From: Escherichia phage AnnaIndermaur_Bas104 | Direction: 5' to 3' (one strand) | Length of the DNA: 40,334 nt | Sequence record: PQ850595.1 | Shown: positions 27,479 to 38,136 of the stretch, one piece after another | How the letters are laid out: each line of letters begins with the position of its first letter | How positions within the stretch are numbered: position 1 is the stretch's first letter | Program-made: the position numbers and the translations under genes | The notes under the pieces: model-generated | What the model saw: only the letters and a program-made list of their open reading frames with translations | Told to the model about the DNA's origin: nothing | Database searches by the model: none

Positions 27479-27636
27479 TGCTGGGAGTGGCCTCAACGGT
27501 CGCTGCTAGTCCCGAAGAGGAGAGTGTTACTTCAACAGAAGAAACCTTAACGCCAGCACAGAAGGCCGCACGCACCCGCGCTGCTAACAAGGCCCGAAAG
27601 GAAGCTGAGTTGGCTGCTGCCACCGCTGAGCAATAA
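26447..27636 (+). CDS. 10: minor capsid protein 10B, produced by -1 frameshift near the 3' end of 10A (predicted)
   Basis: the -1 frame stays open from the end of 10A to TAA at 27634-27636 and encodes ...AARTRAANKARKEAELAAATAEQ as in T7 10B; exact shift site not determined. Confidence 0.6.
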
Positions 27637-27643
27637 CTAGCAT

Positions 27644-27684
27644 AACCCCTTGGGGCCTCTAAACGGGTCTTGAGGGGTTTTTTG
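27644..27684 (+). terminator. T7 RNAP late terminator Tphi
   Basis: AACCCCTTGGGGCCTCTAAACGGGTCTTGAGGGGTTTTTTG, identical to the canonical Tphi hairpin. Confidence 0.9.
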
Positions 27685-27704
27685 CTGAAAGGAGGAGGAA
27701 CTAT

Positions 27705-28295
27705 ATGCGCTCTTACGATATGAACGTTGAGACTGCCGCTGAGTTATCCGCTGTGAACGACATTCTGGCATCTATCGGGGAACCTCCGGTATCGACGCTG
27801 GAAGGTGATGCTAACGCAGACGTGGCGAACGCTCGACGTATTCTCAATAAGATTAACCGACAGATTCAGTCTCGTGGCTGGACGTTCAACATTGAGGAAG
27901 GTGTAACGCTCTTACCTGATGTTTACTCCAACCTGATTGTATACAGTGATGACTATTTATCCTTAATGGCTACTTCCGGTCAATCCATCTACGTCAACCG
28001 AGGTGGCTATGTGTATGACCGAACGAATCAAACAGACCGCTTTGACTCTGGCATTACTGTGAACATTATACGTCTTCGAGACTACGATGAGATGCCTGAG
28101 TGCTTCCGCTACTGGATAGTAACCAAGGCTTCCCGTCAGTTCAACAACCGATTCTTTGGGGCACCAGAAGTAGAGGGTGTACTCCAAGAAGAGGAAGATG
28201 AGGCTAGACGCCTCTGTATGGAGTACGAAGTGGACTACGGTGGGTACAATATGCTGGACGGCGATGCGTTCACTTCTGGTCTACTGACTCGCTAA
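27705..28295 (+). CDS. 11: tail tubular protein A (T7 gp11 homolog), 196 aa
   Basis: 196 aa as T7 gp11, near-identical. Confidence 0.95.
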   Translation: MRSYDMNVETAAELSAVNDILASIGEPPVSTLEGDANADVANARRILNKINRQIQSRGWTFNIEEGVTLLPDVYSNLIVYSDDYLSLMATSGQSIYVNRGGYVYDRTNQTDRFDSGITVNIIRLRDYDEMPECFRYWIVTKASRQFNNRFFGAPEVEGVLQEEEDEARRLCMEYEVDYGGYNMLDGDAFTSGLLTR

Positions 28296-28315
28296 TAATC
28301 AATAAGGAGGCTCTA

Positions 28316-30703
28316 ATGGCACTCATTAGCCAATCAATCAAGAACTTGAAGGGTGGTATCAGCCAACAGCCTGACATCCTTCGTTATCCAGACCAAGGGT
28401 CACGCCAAGTTAACGGTTGGTCTTCGGAGACCGAGGGCCTCCAAAAGCGTCCACCTCTGGTTTTCCTTAAGACACTGGGAGGAAGCGGTGACTTAGGGCA
28501 AGCACCTTTAATCCACTTGATTAACCGTGATGAGAACGAACAGTATTACGCTGTGTTCACTGGTACAGGAATCCGTGTGTTTGACCTTGCTGGTAACGAA
28601 AAGCAGGTACGCTATACCACTGATGGTTCTACGTACATACAAACGCAGAACCCTAGGAATGACCTAAGGATGGTAACGGTGGCTGACTATACGTTCATCG
28701 TAAACAGAAACATCCGTGTCACGCGAAATACCAACGCAGTGAACCTAGCAGGATTTAACCCTAAGAAGGACGCATTAATCAACGTTCGTGGCGGTCAGTA
28801 TGGTCGTACCTTACAGATTATGATTAACGGTGGTTTACAAGCCTCCTATCAGATTCCTGATGGTTCACAGCCAGCACACGTTAATAACACGGACGCTCAG
28901 TGGTTAGCAGAAGAGTTGGCTCGCCAGTGTAGAGCAAATGCTCCGGGATGGGCCTTCAATGTTGGGCAGGGTTTTATCCACATCATAGCACCTGCGGGTC
29001 AACAGATTGATTCCCTGATGACGAAGGATGGCTATGCTGACCAATTGATTAACCCTGTTACTCACTACGCTCAGTCATTCTCTAAGTTGCCACCTAACGC
29101 TCCTGACGGGTACATGGTGAAAATCGTAGGGGATTCTTCCAAGTCTGCTGACCAGTACTACGTTCGCTATGACGCTACTCGTAAAGTCTGGGTTGAAACA
29201 TTAGGCTGGAATGTTAACAATCAGCTTCTGTATGAAACGATGCCTCACGCATTGGTTCGCGCTTCTGACGGTAACTTTGAGTTCAGGTGGATTGAGTGGA
29301 GTCCTAAAACCTGTGGTGATGATGACACAAACCCGTGGCCTTCCTTCATGGACTCCACAATCAACGATGTGTTCTTCTTCCGTAACCGTTTAGGTTTCCT
29401 TAGTGGAGAGAATATCATCTTGAGTAGAACCGCTAAGTACTTCAACTTCTACCCAGCGTCAATCGCAAACTTAAGTGACGATGACCCTATCGACGTAGCT
29501 GTGAGTACCAACCGAATCGCAATCCTTAAGTACGCCGTTCCGTTCTCTGAGGAGTTACTCATCTGGTCCGATGAAGCACAATTTGTCCTGACTGCTTCCG
29601 GTACTCTCACGTCGAAGTCAGTTGAGTTGAACCTAACGACTCAGTTTGACGTACAGGACCGAGCGAGACCTTATGGGATTGGTCGCAATGTCTACTTTTC
29701 TAGTCCGAGGTCCAGCTTCACGTCCATCTACAGATATTACGCTGTGCAGGACGTAAGTTCCGTTAAGAACGCTGAGGACATTACAGCACACGTTCCTAAC
29801 TATATCCCCAATGGTGTGTTCAGTATATGCGGTAGTGGTACGGAAAACTTCTGTTCTGTACTATCTCATGGGGACCCAAGTAAAATCTTCATCTACAAAT
29901 TCCTGTACCTGAACGAAGAGTTGAGACAACAGTCGTGGTCTCATTGGGACTTTGGGGAAAACGTACAGGTTCTGGCTTGTCAGAGTATCAACTCAACTAT
30001 GTATGTGATTCTTCGCAATGAGTTCAATACGTTCCTAGCTAAAATAGCTTTTACTAAGAATGCCATTGACTTACAAGGTGAACCATATCGTGCCTTTATG
30101 GATATGAAGGTTCGCTACACGATTCCTAGAGGAACATACAACGATGACTCATTCACTACCTCTATTCATCTTCCAACCATTTATGGCGCTAACTTCGGGA
30201 GAGGCAAAATCACTGTACTCGAACCTGATGGTAAGATAACAGTGCTTGAGCAGCCTGCTGCGGGGTGGAATAGTGACCCTTGGCTGAGACTCAACGGTAA
30301 CTTAGAGGGACGAACGGTGTACATTGGGTTCAACATTAACTTCGTCTATGAGTTCTCTAAGTTTCTCATCAAGCAGACTGCCGACGATGGGTCAACCTCA
30401 ACGGAAGACATTGGTCGCTTGCAGTTACGCCGAGCGTGGGTTAACTATGAGGAGTCTGGTACGTTCGACATTTATGTTGAGAACCAATCGTCAAACTGGA
30501 AGTACACAATGGCTGGTGCCCGCTTAGGCTCTAACGCTCTGAGGGCTGGGCGATTGAACTTAGGGACAGGACAATACCGATTCCCTGTGGTTGGTAACGC
30601 CAAGTTCAATACAGTGTCTATCTTGTCTGACGAGACTACCCCGCTGAACATCATTGGGTGTGGCTGGGAAGGTAATTACTTACGTAGAAGTTCAGGTATT
30701 TAA
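28316..30703 (+). CDS. 12: tail tubular protein B (T7 gp12 homolog), 795 aa
   Basis: near-identical to T7 gp12. Confidence 0.95.
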   Translation: MALISQSIKNLKGGISQQPDILRYPDQGSRQVNGWSSETEGLQKRPPLVFLKTLGGSGDLGQAPLIHLINRDENEQYYAVFTGTGIRVFDLAGNEKQVRYTTDGSTYIQTQNPRNDLRMVTVADYTFIVNRNIRVTRNTNAVNLAGFNPKKDALINVRGGQYGRTLQIMINGGLQASYQIPDGSQPAHVNNTDAQWLAEELARQCRANAPGWAFNVGQGFIHIIAPAGQQIDSLMTKDGYADQLINPVTHYAQSFSKLPPNAPDGYMVKIVGDSSKSADQYYVRYDATRKVWVETLGWNVNNQLLYETMPHALVRASDGNFEFRWIEWSPKTCGDDDTNPWPSFMDSTINDVFFFRNRLGFLSGENIILSRTAKYFNFYPASIANLSDDDPIDVAVSTNRIAILKYAVPFSEELLIWSDEAQFVLTASGTLTSKSVELNLTTQFDVQDRARPYGIGRNVYFSSPRSSFTSIYRYYAVQDVSSVKNAEDITAHVPNYIPNGVFSICGSGTENFCSVLSHGDPSKIFIYKFLYLNEELRQQSWSHWDFGENVQVLACQSINSTMYVILRNEFNTFLAKIAFTKNAIDLQGEPYRAFMDMKVRYTIPRGTYNDDSFTTSIHLPTIYGANFGRGKITVLEPDGKITVLEQPAAGWNSDPWLRLNGNLEGRTVYIGFNINFVYEFSKFLIKQTADDGSTSTEDIGRLQLRRAWVNYEESGTFDIYVENQSSNWKYTMAGARLGSNALRAGRLNLGTGQYRFPVVGNAKFNTVSILSDETTPLNIIGCGWEGNYLRRSSGI

Positions 30704-30732
30704 TTAAATGTTCTCCCTGTGGTGGCTCGAAA

Positions 30733-30755
30733 TTAATACGACTCACTATAGGGAG
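30733..30755 (+). promoter_or_regulatory. T7 RNAP promoter phi13 (class III)
   Basis: TAATACGACTCACTATAGGGAGA. Confidence 0.9.
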
Positions 30756-30783
30756 AACAATACGACTACGGGAGGGTTTTCTT

Positions 30784-31200
30784 ATGATGATTATAAGACC
30801 TACTAAAAGTACAGACTTTGAGGTATTCACTCCGGCTCACCATGACATTCTTGAAGCTAAGGCTGCTGGTATTGAGCCGAGTTTCCCTGATGCTTCCGAG
30901 TGTGTCACGTTGAGCCTCTACGGGTTCCCTCTAGCTATCGGTGGTAACTGTGGGGGCCAATGCTGGTTCGTTACTAGCGACCAAGTGTGGCGACTTAGTG
31001 GAAAAGCTAAGCGAGAGTTCCGTAAGTTAATCATGGAGTATCGCGATAAGATGCTTGAGAAGTATGATACTCTTTGGAATTACGTATGGGTAGGCAATAC
31101 GTCCCACATTCGTTTCCTCAAGACTATCGGTGCGGTATTCCATGAAGAGTACACACAAGATGGTCAATTTCAGTTATTTACAATCACGAAAGGAGGATAA
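30784..31200 (+). CDS. 13: internal virion protein A (T7 gp13 homolog), 138 aa
   Basis: MMIIRPTKSTDFEVFTPAHHDILEAKAAGIEPSF... near-identical to T7 gp13. Confidence 0.93.
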   Translation: MMIIRPTKSTDFEVFTPAHHDILEAKAAGIEPSFPDASECVTLSLYGFPLAIGGNCGGQCWFVTSDQVWRLSGKAKREFRKLIMEYRDKMLEKYDTLWNYVWVGNTSHIRFLKTIGAVFHEEYTQDGQFQLFTITKGG

Positions 31201-31204
31201 CCAT

Positions 31205-31795
31205 ATGTGTTGGGCAGCCGCAATTCCTATCGCTATATCTGGCGCTCAGGCTATCAGTGGTCAGCACACTCAGGCCAAAATGATTGCCGCTCAGACCGCT
31301 GCTGGTCGTCGTCAAGCCTTTGAACTTATGAAGCAGACGAACATCCAGAATGCTGACCTATCGTTGCAAGCTAGAAGTAAACTTGAGGAAGCGTCCTCTG
31401 AGTTGACCGCTCAGAACATGCAGAAGGTCCAAGCTCTGGGGTCTATCCGAGCGGCTATCGGGGAGAGTATGCTTGAGGGTTCCTCAATGGACCGCATTAA
31501 GCGAGTCACAGATGGACAGTTCATTCGGGAAGCCAATATGGTGACTGAGAACTATCGTCGTGACTACCAAGCAATCTTCGCACAGCAACTTGGCGGTACT
31601 CAAGGTGCTGCAAGCCAGATTAGAGAAATCTATAAGGGCGAACAGAAGCAGAAGAGTAAGCTACAGATGGTTCTGGACCCACTGGCTATCATGGGGTCTT
31701 CCGCTGCGAGTGCTTACGCAGACGGTAAGTTCGACTCTAAGCCCACAACTAAGGCACCTATTGTTGCCGCTAAAGGAACCAAGACGGGGAGGTAA
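31205..31795 (+). CDS. 14: internal virion protein B (T7 gp14 homolog), 196 aa
   Basis: MCWAAAIPIAISGAQAISGQHTQAKMIAAQ...; 196 aa as T7 gp14; ORF-track start at 31130 is an upstream extension. Confidence 0.9.
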   Translation: MCWAAAIPIAISGAQAISGQHTQAKMIAAQTAAGRRQAFELMKQTNIQNADLSLQARSKLEEASSELTAQNMQKVQALGSIRAAIGESMLEGSSMDRIKRVTDGQFIREANMVTENYRRDYQAIFAQQLGGTQGAASQIREIYKGEQKQKSKLQMVLDPLAIMGSSAASAYADGKFDSKPTTKAPIVAAKGTKTGR

Positions 31796-31801
31796 TGAAC
31801 T

Positions 31802-34063
31802 ATGAGTAAAATTGAATCTGCCCTTCAAGCGGCACAACCGGGACTCTCTCGGTTACGTGGTGGGGCTGGCGGTATGGGCTATCGTGCAGCAACCACTCAA
31901 GCTGGACAACCAAGGTCAAGCCTATTGGACACCATTGGTCGGTTCGCTCAGGCTGGTGCTGATATGTATACCGCTAAGGAACAACGAGCACGAGACCTAG
32001 CTGACGAACGCTCCAACGAGATTATCCGTAAGCTGACCCCAGAGCAACGTCGAGAAGCTCTCAACAATGGGACCCTTCTGTATCAGGATGACCCATACGC
32101 TATGGAAGCACTGCGAGTCAAGACTGGTCGTAACGCTGCATACCTTGTTGACGATGACGTTATGCAGAAGATCAAAGAGGGTGTCTTCCGTACTCGTGAA
32201 GAAATGGAAGAGTATCGTCACACTCGTCTTCAAGAGGGCGCTAAGACATACGCTGAGCAGTTTGGTATTGACCCTGATGACGTTGACTATCAGCGTGGTT
32301 TCAACGGGGACATCACCGAGCGTAACATCTCGCTGTATGGCGCACATGATAACTTCTTGAGCCAGCAAGCTCAGAAGGGTGCCATCATGAACAGCCGAGT
32401 GGAACTCAACAGCGTCCTTCAAGACCCAGATATGCTTCGTCGCCAAGACTCTGCGGACTTCTTTGAGAAGTACATCGACAACGGTCTGGTTACTGGAGCA
32501 ATCCCGTCTGACGCTCAGGCTACACAGCTTATAAGCCAAGCGTTCAGTGACGCTTCTAGCCGTGCTGGTGGTGCTGACTTCCTGATGCGAGTCGGTGACA
32601 AGAAGGTAACGCTTAACGGAGTCACTACGACCTATAAGGAACTTATGGGTGAAGAGCAGTGGAATGCCCTTATGGTGACAGCCCAGAGAGCACAATACGA
32701 CAACGATGCGAAACTGAACGAGAAGTTTCAACTAGATGTCAACTCTGCGTTGTTCATGGATGACCCTCGTGTTGGTTGGGAGAAGCTCCAAGGAATAAAA
32801 GCTGAGTTAGATAAACACCAGCCCGGAGAGCAGATGACCCCTCAACGCGCCACACTTATAGAGGCACAGCAGCAACTACGAGCCAAGATGGTAGAGTGGG
32901 CCAAGAACGAGGCCAAAGCACTTGATAAGGCTCAGAAGGCCGATAATAAGTTTAGGGTTATTGATGCTCAGTATCAAAAGCGAATCAATGGGGAGTGGGT
33001 CTCTACTGACTTTAAGGATATGCCTACAAACGATAACACTGGGGATTTCGAACACAGCGACATTGTAAACTACGCTAACAAGAAGCTGGCTGACATAGAC
33101 GCTATGGACATCCCAGACGGAGCAAAAGATAGACTCAAACTACAGTACCTTCAAGCAGACTCTAAGGACGGTCCTTTCAGGACTGCGATAGGAACGATGG
33201 TTCAGGATGCTGCTCAGGAGTGGTCTTCTTCTGTGATGAATGGTAAGTTAGCGGACAAGACTCCAGCGATGGATGCCTTACGCAGAATCCGCAACGCAGA
33301 CCCATACCTCATAGCGTCACTGTACCCTGAGCAAGCTGAGCTATTCTTGACAATGGACTTGGCCGACCGACAGGGTGTTGATGTGCAGGAGTTGATTGAC
33401 GCTGACCGTCAGATTGCCACACGTTCTAAGGAGCAACGATTCGAAGATGATAAAGCCTTTGAGCAAGCTCTTAATGACTCTAAAGTTCCAGAGATAGCAA
33501 ATATGCCGACAGAACTAAGGGGACTTGCTCGTAAGATTTATGACTCGGTTAAGTATCGTACCAACAACGCTAACATGGCTATGACCGAGATGCAGAAGTT
33601 CCTTAAGGAGTCCACTACTACCTTTAATGACGATAGCTCAGACAGTGAGGGAGCCATTGGGGTAATTCCGAGGAACTATCTACAGGTAAACGATGACCCT
33701 AAATCTTGGAAGCAAGGTAAGGATATTATCGACGCTGCTCTTAAAGGAATCATAGCGGCTAACCCAAGTATGGCCTCTGAGAAGATGACAGTCTCGGTAA
33801 TCGGGAAGTCTATCTACATCATGCCAACTACAGGGACTGGCCCACGGGTTCGTTACGACAAGGAGATGTTGTCCAAGGTCTGGAAGGAAACACAAGAGCG
33901 TCTCGCAACGGAAGCCGTTGAGAAGGCCCGTGATAAAGCTATGGCTGATGCCAACAAGCGAGCACCTATAGTTGCCGCTACGAAGGCCCGTGAAGCTGCT
34001 GCTAAACGAGTCAGAGAGAAACGTAAACATACTCCTAAGTTCATTTACGGACGCAAGGAGTAA
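31802..34063 (+). CDS. 15: internal virion protein C (T7 gp15 homolog), 753 aa
   Basis: near-identical to T7 gp15 over most of its length. Confidence 0.93.
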   Translation: MSKIESALQAAQPGLSRLRGGAGGMGYRAATTQAGQPRSSLLDTIGRFAQAGADMYTAKEQRARDLADERSNEIIRKLTPEQRREALNNGTLLYQDDPYAMEALRVKTGRNAAYLVDDDVMQKIKEGVFRTREEMEEYRHTRLQEGAKTYAEQFGIDPDDVDYQRGFNGDITERNISLYGAHDNFLSQQAQKGAIMNSRVELNSVLQDPDMLRRQDSADFFEKYIDNGLVTGAIPSDAQATQLISQAFSDASSRAGGADFLMRVGDKKVTLNGVTTTYKELMGEEQWNALMVTAQRAQYDNDAKLNEKFQLDVNSALFMDDPRVGWEKLQGIKAELDKHQPGEQMTPQRATLIEAQQQLRAKMVEWAKNEAKALDKAQKADNKFRVIDAQYQKRINGEWVSTDFKDMPTNDNTGDFEHSDIVNYANKKLADIDAMDIPDGAKDRLKLQYLQADSKDGPFRTAIGTMVQDAAQEWSSSVMNGKLADKTPAMDALRRIRNADPYLIASLYPEQAELFLTMDLADRQGVDVQELIDADRQIATRSKEQRFEDDKAFEQALNDSKVPEIANMPTELRGLARKIYDSVKYRTNNANMAMTEMQKFLKESTTTFNDDSSDSEGAIGVIPRNYLQVNDDPKSWKQGKDIIDAALKGIIAANPSMASEKMTVSVIGKSIYIMPTTGTGPRVRYDKEMLSKVWKETQERLATEAVEKARDKAMADANKRAPIVAATKAREAAAKRVREKRKHTPKFIYGRKE

Positions 34064-34089
34064 CTCAAGGCTACATAAGGAGGCCCTAA

Positions 34090-37000
34090 ATGGTTAAGTA
34101 CGATAAGAACGTACCAAGTGAGTATGATGGTCTGTTCCAGAAGGCGGCTGATGCCAACGGGGTCTCTTATGACCTTTTACGTAAAGTCGCTTGGACAGAA
34201 TCACGATTCCAGCCTACAGCAAAATCTAAGACTGGACCATTAGGCATGATGCAGTTTACCAAGGCAACCGCTAAGGCCCTTGGTCTGCGAGTTACCGATG
34301 GTCCAGATGATGACCGACTGAACCCTGAGTTGGCTATCAATGCTGCTGCCAAGCACCTTGCTGAACTGGTGAATAAATTTGATGGGGACGAACTCAAAGC
34401 TGCCCTTGCGTACAATCAAGGTGAGGGACACTTAGGGAGTCCACAACTTGAGGCATACACAAAAGGTGACTTCTCAGCTATCTCCGAGGAGGGGCGTAAC
34501 TACATGCGTAACCTCATGGATGTAGCTCGGTCGCCAATGAGTGGTCAGTTAGAAGCATTCGGAGGAATCACCCCAAAGGGTAAAGGCATCCCTTCTGATG
34601 TTGGTTTGGGGGACATTCAGGTCGAAGGGAAGCGTAAAGTAACAGATGCTATCCCAGAGTCAACTGGATTTAACATTAAAGGTATCGAACAGGAGGCTCC
34701 GGCGAAATCATTCGCTACGGACTTTTGGGACCATCATAAACAGGAACTATCTGAGTATGACGACCGCTCAACATTCTTCGGATTCAAAGATGCTGCAAGT
34801 GCAGAAATTGACAACTCAGTACTAGGCATGGCCTTCCGTGCTGGTCGCCTCGATAATGGTTTTGATGTGTTTAAGGATGTTATCACACCTACGCGTTGGA
34901 ACTCTACTGTCTGGACTCCTGAGGAATTAGAGCGGATTCGCACAGAGGTTAAGAACCCAGCGTATCTCAATGTTGTTACAGGTGGTTCCCCTGAGAACCT
35001 TGATGACCTAATTAGATTAGCCAACGAAAACTACGAGAATGACCTAAAGAAAGCTGATGCAGGTATCGGTGCACAGCTTTCCGCTGGCGTTGTTGGTTCA
35101 GCATTCGACCCACTATCATATGTACCACTGGTTGGTGTAACAGGTAAGGGCTTTAAGCTAATCAATAAGGCTCTTGTGGTTGGCGCTGAGAGTGCCGCTA
35201 TTAACATGGCCTCAGAAGGGATGCGAACGTCTATAGTTGGTGGAGACGCTAATTACACTGGTGCGGTACTAGGCGGCCTTGTATTTGGGGCAGGAATGTC
35301 TGCAATCAGTGACGCTATCTCCGCTGGGCTTAGACGCAGCAAGCCTGAGGCTGAGTTTAACAATGAGTTCGTTGGGCCGTTAATGCGAATGGAAGCTCGC
35401 GAGACTGCCTTTAACGCCAACTCTGTGGACACGTCTAAGATGAACACAGACAGCGTTAAATTCGACCGAGAGTACAGTGGGGTTGACTACGCACCATTGG
35501 ACACCGAGCCGGGTGCAGTTGTCCTACCTCAAGGTCAAATCCTCAGTGACACTAACCCACTGAACCCACAGACATTAAGTGAGTTTGAGGCGATAAACCC
35601 TGAGCGTGCAGCCAGAGGTATCTCCTTAGGTGGGTTCACTGAGATTGGCCTTAAGACACTACGTTCTGAGAACGCGGCGGTTCGCTCCATTGCACGTGAC
35701 CTAGTGCGCTCTCCAACTGGTATGGAATCAGGGTCTAACGGTAAGTTCGGTTCTACCGCTGATGACATCCATAGTAGAGTATCATCCAACGATAACCGCG
35801 ATTGGAACCTCTACTATGATAAGATGAACGAAGTCTTGAAAGACCCTGAGTTCACAACAGGTGCGCCTAAGATGAGCAAAGCAGAGGCCGTTGAGTTCAT
35901 TGACCGCAAAATTGGACTGGCAATAGAGCACCCTGAGTTACAGGTAAACTTGTCTCCTAAAGAGCTAGACCTGATGCGCCACGTTAAGGGCCACTATGAC
36001 CTCAAGCGTGAACTCATGGAAAACCCTGCTGTGTTCGGGAATCCAAAAGCGGTTAGTATCTTCCCCGGCAGTAACTACAAAGGTACGTACATTCCGCGAG
36101 TGTATGACACCCAATCGAAGAATTTTTATATTCAACTTTTGGGGAGTCGAGAGGCTTTTCAGGAGGCTATCGCTGGAAGTTCCCTTGCGTCCTACTATCT
36201 GCGTCCAGAAGTTAAGGCACGTATCGACGAGCACCTGATGGAAGTTAACGGACTTAAGTCACCTAAAGACGTAACGCACGAAATGGTGCGAAAGCACGCT
36301 ATGGACAAGGCATATGGTATCTCCCATAGTGACCAGTTCTCAGCGTCTTCTATTGTTGATGAGAACATCACTGGTCTTGTCGGTATTGAAAATAATAACT
36401 TTCTGGAAGCACGTAACCTCTTTGATACTGACGTACCTATTACATTACCTGATGGCTCTACGTTCTGCGTAGATGACATTCGAGTGTTCAGCCAGCGTAT
36501 CCTTATGCCAGCGTATGACCGTCGTGTGAATGGTGATATTGCCATCATGGGTAGCTCTGGTAAAACTACCAAGGAACTCAAGGATGAAATTATGGAACTA
36601 AGTAAGCAGGCAGAAGGTAATGGGCAGTTGAAGGGTGAAGTAGAAGCTCTCAAGGATACCGTGAAGATTCTAACTGGTCGCGCCCGTCGCAGCCCAGAAG
36701 GTGCTTTAGGGACAGCTTTACGCTCTCTGAATGACCTGACGTTCTTCGCCAAGAACTTCTATATGCCTCTCCAGAACTTCACGGAGATTGCTGGTATGTT
36801 GGTCAAAGGTAATGTCTCTGCGATGACTCATGGAATCCCTATGATTAACGATTGGGTTAACCGTAGGAAACCAATGCGGGCCTCTGAGATTAAAGAACTC
36901 CACAGTATGGTGTTCGGGAAGGAACTCGACCAGCTAATGCGCCCTAGTCGTGAAGACCACATTCGCAGACTCAGGGAGTCTACAGACACCAACGCTGTGT

Positions 37001-38064
37001 TGGCTAATGTGGTTGGTACTCTTCGTTTCAGCACTCAGGAGTTAGCGGCTCGTTCACCGTGGACTGTTATGCTAAATGGAACCACTAACTACATCCTAGA
37101 TGCTGCCCGTCAAGGTGTCCTTGGGGATATTGCCAGTGCAGCACTATCAGGGACTGGTGCTAAGTTTGGTAAGGCAAACTATCTTAAGTCTGCCTCAATC
37201 AGTCCTGAGCAGTGGGATGGTATCAAGCAATTATTTCGGGACCACACAACTAGGGATTCTAACGGTAAGTTCACAATCAAGGACAAAAGGGCGTTCACCT
37301 ACGACCCACGCACGATGGATTTGTGGAGGCTTGCTGACAAAGTGGCTGGAGAGACTATGCTGCGCCCGCATAAGATTTCCTCTCAAGATTCCGTTGCGTA
37401 TGGGGCAGGAGTAAAGATGGTGATGCAATTTAAGAACTTCGTTATCAAGTCGCTTAACGCCAGATTCGTCCGTAGCTTCTATGAGGCCACAAAGAACAAC
37501 CGTGCGTTAGACCAAGCGTTAACTCACATTGTTGCCTGTGGGCTTGCTGGTGGATACTACGTTGGACAGGCGCACCTAAAGGCCGCTGCCTTGCCTGAGG
37601 ACAAACGTAAGGAGTACCTCAAGATGGCACTAGACCCGAAGATGATTGCCCATGCGTCTATCTCCCGTAGCTCACACTTAGGTTCGCCACTTAGCATCTA
37701 CGATATGATCGCTGGGGTGTTTGGTGATGATACCTATAAATACACACGCTCCACGATACTACCTAAGCAACCAGATGAACGAGATCGCACAAAAGCGGTC
37801 ACAGGTCGGCAGGTGACTGGTATGATTAGTGGTGCTTTAGGTGAGCAGATTCCTGCTTTGGGGTTCGCAGGGCAGGTTGGTGGTACAGCGCTTAATGCCG
37901 TATCACTACTGAAAGCACCTAACAAGGCTACCGAGATGGAGTTCCGTACAGGGATGTTTAATACCATGCGTGAGATTGTTCCTAACGACCCTATCACGCA
38001 GCAACTCATTATGAAAATTTATGAGGCCAATGGTATCTACATCAAGGAGACACCTAGGAAATAA
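34090..38064 (+). CDS. 16: internal virion protein D with N-terminal lytic transglycosylase domain (T7 gp16 homolog), 1324 aa
   Basis: SLT-like N-terminus ...WTESRFQPTAKSKTGPLGMMQFT...; length and sequence as T7 gp16. Confidence 0.95.
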   Translation: MVKYDKNVPSEYDGLFQKAADANGVSYDLLRKVAWTESRFQPTAKSKTGPLGMMQFTKATAKALGLRVTDGPDDDRLNPELAINAAAKHLAELVNKFDGDELKAALAYNQGEGHLGSPQLEAYTKGDFSAISEEGRNYMRNLMDVARSPMSGQLEAFGGITPKGKGIPSDVGLGDIQVEGKRKVTDAIPESTGFNIKGIEQEAPAKSFATDFWDHHKQELSEYDDRSTFFGFKDAASAEIDNSVLGMAFRAGRLDNGFDVFKDVITPTRWNSTVWTPEELERIRTEVKNPAYLNVVTGGSPENLDDLIRLANENYENDLKKADAGIGAQLSAGVVGSAFDPLSYVPLVGVTGKGFKLINKALVVGAESAAINMASEGMRTSIVGGDANYTGAVLGGLVFGAGMSAISDAISAGLRRSKPEAEFNNEFVGPLMRMEARETAFNANSVDTSKMNTDSVKFDREYSGVDYAPLDTEPGAVVLPQGQILSDTNPLNPQTLSEFEAINPERAARGISLGGFTEIGLKTLRSENAAVRSIARDLVRSPTGMESGSNGKFGSTADDIHSRVSSNDNRDWNLYYDKMNEVLKDPEFTTGAPKMSKAEAVEFIDRKIGLAIEHPELQVNLSPKELDLMRHVKGHYDLKRELMENPAVFGNPKAVSIFPGSNYKGTYIPRVYDTQSKNFYIQLLGSREAFQEAIAGSSLASYYLRPEVKARIDEHLMEVNGLKSPKDVTHEMVRKHAMDKAYGISHSDQFSASSIVDENITGLVGIENNNFLEARNLFDTDVPITLPDGSTFCVDDIRVFSQRILMPAYDRRVNGDIAIMGSSGKTTKELKDEIMELSKQAEGNGQLKGEVEALKDTVKILTGRARRSPEGALGTALRSLNDLTFFAKNFYMPLQNFTEIAGMLVKGNVSAMTHGIPMINDWVNRRKPMRASEIKELHSMVFGKELDQLMRPSREDHIRRLRESTDTNAVLANVVGTLRFSTQELAARSPWTVMLNGTTNYILDAARQGVLGDIASAALSGTGAKFGKANYLKSASISPEQWDGIKQLFRDHTTRDSNGKFTIKDKRAFTYDPRTMDLWRLADKVAGETMLRPHKISSQDSVAYGAGVKMVMQFKNFVIKSLNARFVRSFYEATKNNRALDQALTHIVACGLAGGYYVGQAHLKAAALPEDKRKEYLKMALDPKMIAHASISRSSHLGSPLSIYDMIAGVFGDDTYKYTRSTILPKQPDERDRTKAVTGRQVTGMISGALGEQIPALGFAGQVGGTALNAVSLLKAPNKATEMEFRTGMFNTMREIVPNDPITQQLIMKIYEANGIYIKETPRK

Positions 38065-38084
38065 TACGACTCACTATAGGGAGA
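38062..38084 (+). promoter_or_regulatory. T7 RNAP promoter phi17 (class III)
   Basis: TAATACGACTCACTATAGGGAGA. Confidence 0.9.
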
Positions 38085-38136
38085 GGCGAAAGAATCTTCT
38101 CCCTGTAGTCTCTTAGATTTACTTTAAGGAGGTCAA

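Noticed and set aside
26405-27496. 363-aa ORF on the minus strand
   Set aside because: Exactly antisense to the major capsid gene 10; T7-like genomes are transcribed entirely from one strand and the + strand ORF has the clear homolog and the phi10 promoter/RBS.
31997-32731. 244-aa minus-strand ORF
   Set aside because: Antisense to gene 15; spurious open frame.
36195-36752. 185-aa minus-strand ORF
   Set aside because: Antisense to gene 16.
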